In this document: positions 52,722-64,000 of the stretch, one piece after another
Position numbering within the stretch: the stretch's first letter is position 1
Layout: each line of letters begins with the position of its first letter
Source: the human T2T-CHM13v2.0 reference genome, Homo sapiens
Assembly (NCBI RefSeq): GCF_009914755.1
Contig: NC_060933.1
DNA length: 64,000 nucleotides
Reading direction: 5' to 3' (one strand)
The notes under the pieces: generated by a model
What the model was told of the DNA's origin: nothing
Database searches by the model: none
The model's input: the letters and a program-made list of their open reading frames with translations, nothing else
Program-made: the position numbers and the translations under genes

Positions 52722-54040
52722 TGACTCTTTGCTGTCTTTGAAATGGAAGCCTTTAAAAGCAAAACTGTTTTCTGACTTAAAAAGTAATACCTGCTATCTG
52801 CTTATTGGGGGAAATACCAAACATTACTTGTTATCTCCATATCTCTTTACCTAGAAGTAACCACTGTTAACATTTTATTTTGTTTCTTTTATTTATTTCT
52901 TTATTTTTATACCTGCTTATTCTGGAGTCTTTTTTTTTTTTTTTTTTTTGTGATGGGGTTCCCCTTTGTCACCCAGGCTGGAGTGCAGTAACACAGTCTC
53001 AGCTCATGCAACCTCTGCCTCCCGGGCTCAAGTGATCCTCCCACCTCAGTCTCCTGAGTAGCTGGGACTACAGGCGCATACCACCATGCCCTGCTAATTT
53101 TTGTATTTTTTTGTAGAGACAGGGTTTTGCCATGTTGCTCAGGCTGGTCTCTAACTCCTGGGCTGAAGTGATCCCCCTACTTCGGCCTCCCAAACTGCTG
53201 AGATTACAGGTGTGAGCCACGGTGCCAAACTTTTTTTGTTTCGTTTTGTTTTTAAATTAGCAATAGAGATCTCACTATGTTTCCCAGGCTGGTCTTGAAC
53301 TCCTGGGCTGAAGTGATCCTCCCACCTTAGCCTCCCGAAGTATTGGGGTTACAGGCACGAGCCATTGTACCTGCCCTGTTTCTTTGCTTTGCTTTTTTTT
53401 TTTTTTTTTTTTTTTTTTTTTGAGACAGGGTCTCACACTCTTGCCCCGGCTGGAGTGCAGTGGTGTGATCATGGCTCACTTCAACCTCCGGCTTCCAGGT
53501 TCAAGCGATTCTCGGATTACTTGAGGCTAGGAGTTCGAGACCAGTAGGTTTCAGCCAACATGGTGAAACCCAGTCTCTACTAAAAATACAAAAATTAGCT
53601 GGGTGTGGTGACGCACACCTGTAATCCCAGCTACTTGGGAAGCTGAGGCACGAGCAGCACTTGAACCTGGGAGGCAAAGGTTGCAATGACCGAGATCTTG
53701 CCACTGCACTCCAACCTGGGCAATGGAGATTCTGTCTCAAAAAATAATTATTATTATAATAAAACAGTATTATTTTTGTCTAACATATTGTCACAAACTT
53801 TTTAAAAAATTACGCTGGCCCTTGTTGCTGAGAATACAGACCAATTTATACTTAGAAACTATGGATGTGACAGTAAGTTGGAATTATTAATACCTTTAAG
53901 AGAACAGGGAAAGAAGTATCAATTTGTTGAATGTGGATACTCCATTGGTGCAACAATTCCAATTGCAGGAAATTTATTGACTTGTATGAGGTATGATTTA
54001 CCTAGGGAATGACCACTAAGCACCATCTCCGTCACTCTGA

Positions 54041-54322
<282 letters not shown>

Positions 54323-54756
54323 TGAAGAGAAACAAGAGCATGTTTTGAATGTTGTGTTAAACTGTAGGACAGTTAACCAGAATTTTATGTAATGTATTTC
54401 ATTCAGTTTTGGTTGATGTAGAGTCTGATTTACGATTCCAACACTTTGCGTGAGGACTTGAAATTCTGTATAACTCTAGCAGATACATTATTTCAATTAT
54501 TGCTGCTGCTGAGTATTTTAAATAAATGCGCACAGATATGTGTTGGTGTAATACGTATAAGGGGTCAGGAGTTCGAGACCAGCCTGGCCAACATGCCGAA
54601 ACTCCCATCTCTACCAAAAATAAAAAAATTAGCTGGGCATGGTGGCACGCACCTGTAGTCCCAGCTACTCGGGAGGCTAAGGCAGGAGAATTGCTTGACC
54701 CAGGAGCTGGAGGTTGCAGTGAGCTGAGGTGGTGCCACTGCACTCCAACCTGGTGA

Positions 54757-55336
<580 letters not shown>

Positions 55337-55999
55337 TAGCTGAGATTACAGGCATGCACCACCACACCTGGCTAATTTTTTTGTATTTTTAGTGGAGACG
55401 GGGTTTCTCCATGTTGGTCAGGCTGGTTTCGAACTCCCGACCTCAGGTGATCTGCCAGCATTGGCCTCCCAAAGTGCTGGGATTATAGGCATGAGCCACT
55501 GCGCCCAGCGTTTTTTGTTTTTTGTTTTTTTTTTGAGATAGGAGTCTCACTCTTGTTACCCAGGCTGGAGGAGTACAGTGGTATGATTATGGCTCACTAT
55601 AGCCTCACCCTCCCAGGCTCAAGTGATCCTCCCCACTCAGCCTCCCAAGTAACTGGGACTACAGGCATGCGCCACCCTGCCTGGCTAATTTGTGTATTTT
55701 TTGTAGAGATGGGATTTCACCATGTTGTGCAAGCTGGTCTCAAGCTCCTGGGCCTGTCTTGGCCTCCTAGAGTACTGTAATTATAGGCGTGGGTCACCAC
55801 ACCCAGCCTTAGTTTTTCTACTTAGTAGTAATGTGACCATGGCAAATCACTTAACCTTTTTGTGCCTGTTTCCTTTTCTATAAAATGGAGATAATAATAG
55901 TATCTATTTCATAGTTATGGTGACAGTTAAAGCAGTCAGTACATACATAAAGTGATTATAACAGTGCCTGCCTCATATTACATGTTCAGTAAATACTAG

Positions 56000-56179
<180 letters not shown>

Positions 56180-56256
56180 TGATGGTTCTCAGAGAATGAT
56201 CACTTCGTGTCCCAAAGGAATGTAGCTGGCATGTCACTTTACCTGATTCTAAGTGA

Positions 56257-56400
<144 letters not shown>

Positions 56401-57087
56401 TGACCTTTCATTTCATTGTATTATCTTTCAGACTCCAAATCTATGTATCTGTAAGGTTCCTATAAAAGTATATTCAAACAAATGTTTACAGTTGGATCGG
56501 GTACATATAAGTGACATACATCTTGTTTCCCTGATATAATCATGGCTGGGCTCACGCCTGTAATCCCAGGACTTTGGGAGGCCGAGGTGGGCGGATCACG
56601 AGGTCAGGAGTTCAAGAGCAGCCTAACCAACATAGTGAAACCCTGTCTCTACTAAAAATACAAATACTAGCTGGGTGTGGTGGCTCTCACCTATAAGGCC
56701 AGTTACTCAGGAGGCTGAGGCAGGACAATTGCTTGAACCCAGGAGGCGGAGATTGCAGTGAGCCGAGATCACACCACTTCACTCCAGCCTGGGTGACAGA
56801 GCGAGACTCTGTCTCAAAAACAAAAAAAGAAGACTCTTTTTTTTTTCTTTTTTTCTTTTTTTTTTTTTTGAGACAGAGTCTTGCTCTGTCGCCCAGGCTG
56901 GAGTGAAGTGGCGTGATCTCGGCTCACCGCAAGCTCCGCCTACCGGCTTCACGCTGTTCTATTCTCCTCCCTCAGCCTTCTGAGTAGCTGGGACTACAGG
57001 CGCCCACCACCATACCCGGCTAATTTTTTGTATTTTTAGTAGAGACGGGGTTTCACTGTGTTAGCCAGGATGTTCTTAATCTCCTGA

Positions 57088-57360
<273 letters not shown>

Positions 57361-58617
57361 TAACCAGGATGGTCTCGACCTCCTGACCTTGTGATCCGCC
57401 CGCCTCAGCTTCCCAAAGCGCTGGGATTACAGGCGTGAGTCACTGCACCCGGCCTTTTTGACTCATTTTTAACAAGCTACCTTTTATGGCAAATTATTAG
57501 GATGGCTCTTAGCTTTGAAGTTGCAGTTTACTGCTGAAAACATCACTCAGGGAACCTAGGCTGTGACTTGCAGGCTTTGCTTCTGTCCTACAACATTAGC
57601 TTTTCCAAATTACTCCAAGCTCGCCTTGTTCATCCTCCAGGACTCCTTTTCTCTCCAGAGACTGAGGTTTAGAAAGTGAGAACCAGACAAGGAAGAAACT
57701 TCTTTAGAACCAGAGGTTCATTTGTATGGAGCTGTAGATGTGGAAGCCTCCAGATTATAGACTGAGCTGCCAGGTGGCTGGGGAGTGTGTGTGCAACTGG
57801 AACACTCCTCTGACGCATCGTGGGTTCCGTTCCCCGACTCACTTCTCATTGCCTGGAAAGCATAGGAAAATTTCAGTTCCTGCCCTTGATAGGCAGTCCA
57901 GCAAAACTTACATATGACTTTGCTGCCTGAAATTCTTTCTGGAACAGGGCAAGGTATAAATAAATAAATAACATATCACTTTTTGGAATTTAAAGTGCTG
58001 TGTCCTTTGATAGCAACAGCAAAGCAAGAGAGGTTGACTGGACAGCCACTCCACACCTCGATGGCCGTTCCCAGTTCCCCTCTGTTGACTGCAGACAGGG
58101 TCAGTACCTCCTTCATCAGGAAAATGGAGACATCCAGTGTGAGCTCCTCAGAGCCCCTCCACCACTGCACAGTGACATTTACCTCTTAGTCTCCTGTGTC
58201 ACTGGATGAGGCGTCCTTGCTGCTGGGCTTACCCTTCCACCTCTGCCCTTGTTCCCTTTCCTTCCTGTCTCCTGTCAGACTGCCTCATCGTTTATTGCCT
58301 TTCCTGTTTTCTGTGATTACTCCTTTTTATAGGCTCCTCTCTCTCAGCCTGTAAATATATGTGAGCCCCTCACATCCTAACATGAGTCTCCCTTGATCCT
58401 ATGTCTTCTAAGTGTTTGCTGATCTTCCTGAGGTTTCTGTTCGGCACTGTTGCTGCTTTCTCTGTGCAACTCTACTCCTTTGGCCTCCATGGTGCCATTA
58501 CTTTCCAGGTTCTTCTCCTCCCTCCCTCACTACCCTTTCCTCTCTCTCTCTCCCTCTCTCCCTCTCTCTCTCTCCCCTTTGTGGGTTTCTTAGTCTTCTA
58601 CCCCACTCTAATTGTAG

Positions 58618-58947
<330 letters not shown>

Positions 58948-59479
58948 GGGATCTACTCTTATCCTGCAGTTCTTTTCGTTCTCTCTACTTACAGGGCTTC
59001 AAACATTACCTGAATGCTGATGACTCCCAAACCTACCTCTGGTTTATTCCTTTCTTCTGAGCTTCAGATTCTCCAGCTTCAGCTACCTGAGGGACATCTC
59101 TGCCTATATGTCTCTTAGCTGCCTCAAGTTTAATGTGTTCAAATCCAAACCCATCATCTTCCTTAGCCCTCTTTGTCTGCTGTTTTCTCTTGAGTAATCA
59201 GTAGCACCATTATCTACTCAGTAATCTTAGCTGGAAACCTGGGAGTCATCTTTATGACTGCTGCCTCTCTTTCACTCACCACATCGAATTAGTCTATAAC
59301 TTTGCCTTTTTTAATTTTTCTACACATTTCCTGACTCTCCCTTTGTCTCCATCAAGACTTTAAGTCCTTTAAGATCTTGTAGTCCAGCCAGACACAGAAC
59401 ATGCTCTAGTTAGTGCTCAGTAAGCGTTTAATGAATAGGAGGGAAGGATCACCTAATTCTTCTCTTTTTTAAAAAGGTG

Positions 59480-60805
<1,326 letters not shown>

Positions 60806-62361
60806 CTAACTTTCCTCCTACCTAGAGAGGTATGGAGAGAGGCTAGATGCTAGATGGGGCATTCAGCCAGTGGGGTCCACATGGTTGGCTTTTTTTTTTT
60901 TTGATAAGAGAACTGAATGACAGGATATTTCTGAAACTTTTGTGACATTTCTTGAAGTGATTAGGAACTTGACAGGGTATTTCTCAACTGGAGATGCTGT
61001 ATTAATTAAAACATTGACTTCAGGACTTCAGGTAATGGAAAGTAATTCAGATCTGCTTTGCTTTTTTTTTTTTTTTTTTTTTTTTTAGGGAGGAGATGGA
61101 GTCTTGCTTTGTCACCCAGGCTGGAGTGCAGTGGCACAATCTCGGCTCACTGTAACCTGCGCTTCCTGGGTTCAAACGATTCTCCTGCCTCAGCCTCCCC
61201 GAGTAGCTGGGATTACAGGCACCCGCCACCACACCTGGCTAATTTTTGCATTTTTAGTAGAGACGAGGTATCACCATGTTGGTCAGGCTGGTCTCGAACT
61301 CCTGACCACAAGTGATCTGCCTGCCTTGGCCTCCCAAAGTGCTGGCCCAGATCTGCTTAAGCAAAAAAAAAAAAGCATTTATTGGAAAGATAAAGAAATA
61401 TCCTACAGAACCCAGTGGCAGGAATGAGGTGAGGTCTCAGGAGCTAGAAACTTTAGTTCTTTTTTCCTCTCTCATCTCATCTGTCCTCTCTACATCTCCA
61501 TTCTTATTTTATAGATTGCCGTTCTTTGGTCTTCATGGCAGGTACGCAGCCCCCACTGCTTGTGAGTGTATGTGACACAGGGCCAGCTACCTCAAGGAAG
61601 TGACTCTTAGTTGACTGACTGGCTCAGCTTGACTGCCTCTAATCTAACTGTAGCTAGTGTGGGGGTGGAGCACACAAAATCTTTGGTACAAATATAGCTG
61701 TTACGAATCCACTTCTGTGTCTCTGAGGACGGAAGAAGGCAAGTCCTGAGAAGGGGGCATATCATCATGAGCTGGTTAGATCCTTTAGAAGGTTTTTCCT
61801 AGAGATGTGACTAACTCCTCTAGAGATACCAACCACAGTCCATGGGGTCTGTAACAAAATGTAACACCTCTTTCTATACTGTTTATCCCTTCATTTTATG
61901 TGTACAGTAAGGGATACTGTTTATCCCTTCATTTCTGTAGGGCAGCACAGCTGGGTTTTTGTAGATGCTTTGTAATTACAATGATGAAACAGGCTGGGCA
62001 TGGTGGCTCACGCCTGTAATCCCAGCACTTTGGGAGGCCAAAGCGGGCGGATCACTTGAGGTCAGCAGTTAGAGACCAGCCTGGCCAACATGGTGAAATC
62101 CCATCTCTACAAAAAAAAAAAAATACAAAACTTAGCCCAGTGTGGTGGCGGGCGTCTGTGATCCCAGCTACTCAGGAGGCTGAGGCAGAGAATTGCTTCA
62201 ACTCGGGAGACGGAGGTTGCAGTGAGCCAAGATTGTGCCACTGCACTCCAGCCTGGGCAGTAGAGTGATACTGTCTCAAAAAAAAAAAAAAAAAAAAAAA
62301 AGGAAAAGAAAAAGAGATTGATCTGTGGTTATATCTTTTAATTTCTCTCTATCATGCTCAG

Positions 62362-62504
62362 GCTCAAAACTGAAGGAGATCTTTGACAAGATCCACAGCC
62401 TGCTCTCTGGAAAACCTGTTCAATCTGGTGGGCGCTCTGTGTCTGTCACACTTAACCCACAGGGGCTGGACTTTGTTCAATACAAACTGGCAGAGAAATT
62501 TGTG
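62362..62504 (+). CDS. GLE1: GLE1 exon 10 [47 protein letters not shown]
   Basis: ctcAG|GC, GTG|GTGAGA; 143 nt (c.1313-1455). Confidence 0.95.
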
Positions 62505-62609
62505 GTGAGAAACCTTGTTGCTAGAGGTATGGGAAGCAGAGGCTGGTGTACAAGATTTCAGCCTTTTTCTGGTATTAAGTTAAAATTGTACCCACCTCTA
62601 TGTTCTCAG

Positions 62610-62800
62610 AAACAAGGCGAGGAGGAAGTGGCCTCTCACCATGAAGCAGCATTCCCCATTGCAGTTGTGGCATCCGGGATCTGGGAGCTCCACCCCAGAG
62701 TGGGGGACCTCATTCTTGCTCATCTACATAAGAAGTGTCCTTACTCTGTTCCTTTCTATCCCACTTTCAAGGAGGGAATGGCTTTGGAAGACTATCAGAG
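62610..62800 (+). CDS. GLE1: GLE1 exon 11 [20 protein letters not shown]…[26 protein letters not shown](R); gene continues beyond window
   Basis: tctcAG|AAA, GAG|GTAAAG; 191 nt; counting from ATG puts the KK at 526/527, the known IP6-binding lysines. Confidence 0.95.
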
Positions 62801-63055
62801 GTAAAGTTGTTTTTCTCCCTACTCACTATCCCTAGAGTGATTAATGAAATATAAATAGAATTGGAATTTGTTTTTCCCTCCTCACAGCTCCTATTACGTA
62901 CCTTGAATGTTCTATCAGAAATATAATGTCTTTCGGCCGGGTGCAGTGGCTCATGCCTGTAATCCCAACATTTTGGGAGGCCAAGTTGGGTGGATTGCCT
63001 GAGCTCAGGAGTTTGAGACCAGCCTGGGCAACATGGAGAAACGCCATCTCTACTA

Positions 63056-63340
<285 letters not shown>

Positions 63341-63537
63341 TTATCCCTGCTTTGTCATTTAATACCTTTGCAAAAATGGACAAATCATTTAGTCTTTTTG
63401 AGCATCTTTTCCTGATTTTTAAATGAGGGTAATGACATCTATTACCTCCTGTGAATTTACCTCATGGCTTACATGAAGCTCAGATTTGATGATGGATATG
63501 AGTGCTTGGTAAACAAAGTATTCTACAGATGTAATAA

Positions 63538-63801
<264 letters not shown>

Positions 63802-64000
63802 TGATCTGCCCGCCTTGGCCTCCCAAAGTGCTGGGATTACAGGCGTGAGCCACCACGCCCGGCCTGTAATAATATATTAATAGTAATGCTGAGTGTAATA
63901 ATATATTGTTATTTTTTAGCCATAAAAAGTAATCTCTGGGCCAGGTGCAGTGCCTCATGCCTGTAATTACTTTAACAATTTGGGAGGTTGAAGCAGAAGG

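Noticed and set aside
57837-57845. Minus-strand donor GAA|GTGAGT hinting at an antisense lncRNA exon
   Set aside because: A single motif; no transcript model can be built from sequence alone.

Overview
Alu-dense human/primate genomic DNA with two intron-rich genes in tandem on the + strand. Positions 163-29101 hold the 3' part of ODF2 (cenexin): 16 coding exons that I joined by hand with GT-AG boundaries and consistent phases. Both the short intron-read-through C-terminus (…RAGARIPR*, with its own AATAAA) and the long cenexin C-terminus (…LTSSPIRSRSPPA*) are present. A CpG-island promoter near 33.4-34.0 kb precedes GLE1 exons 1-11 (ATG 33666, c.1-1646); the gene continues past the window. From recall this gene pair lies at human 9q34.11. 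The rest is Alu, old L1, MER2/Tigger, a sense-oriented MER11 solo LTR with a perfect 6-bp TSD, an LTR47-like element and microsatellites. Repeat family names come from remembered consensus sequences, not a database search. I found no new multi-gene system. The most interesting signals are splicing features shaped by transposons. (1) The GLE1 exon 4 acceptor sits directly on an Alu poly(A) tail, at the site of the known PFQ-insertion disease allele. (2) A downstream donor could add 52 aa in frame to a cenexin exon. (3) A candidate cryptic terminal exon in GLE1 intron 9 would end the protein in ETEV. (4) GLE1 intron 10 is in frame and stop-free. (5) A candidate recursive splice site lies in an ODF2 intron. 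(6) A retrocopied LTR 3' end lies in GLE1 intron 2.
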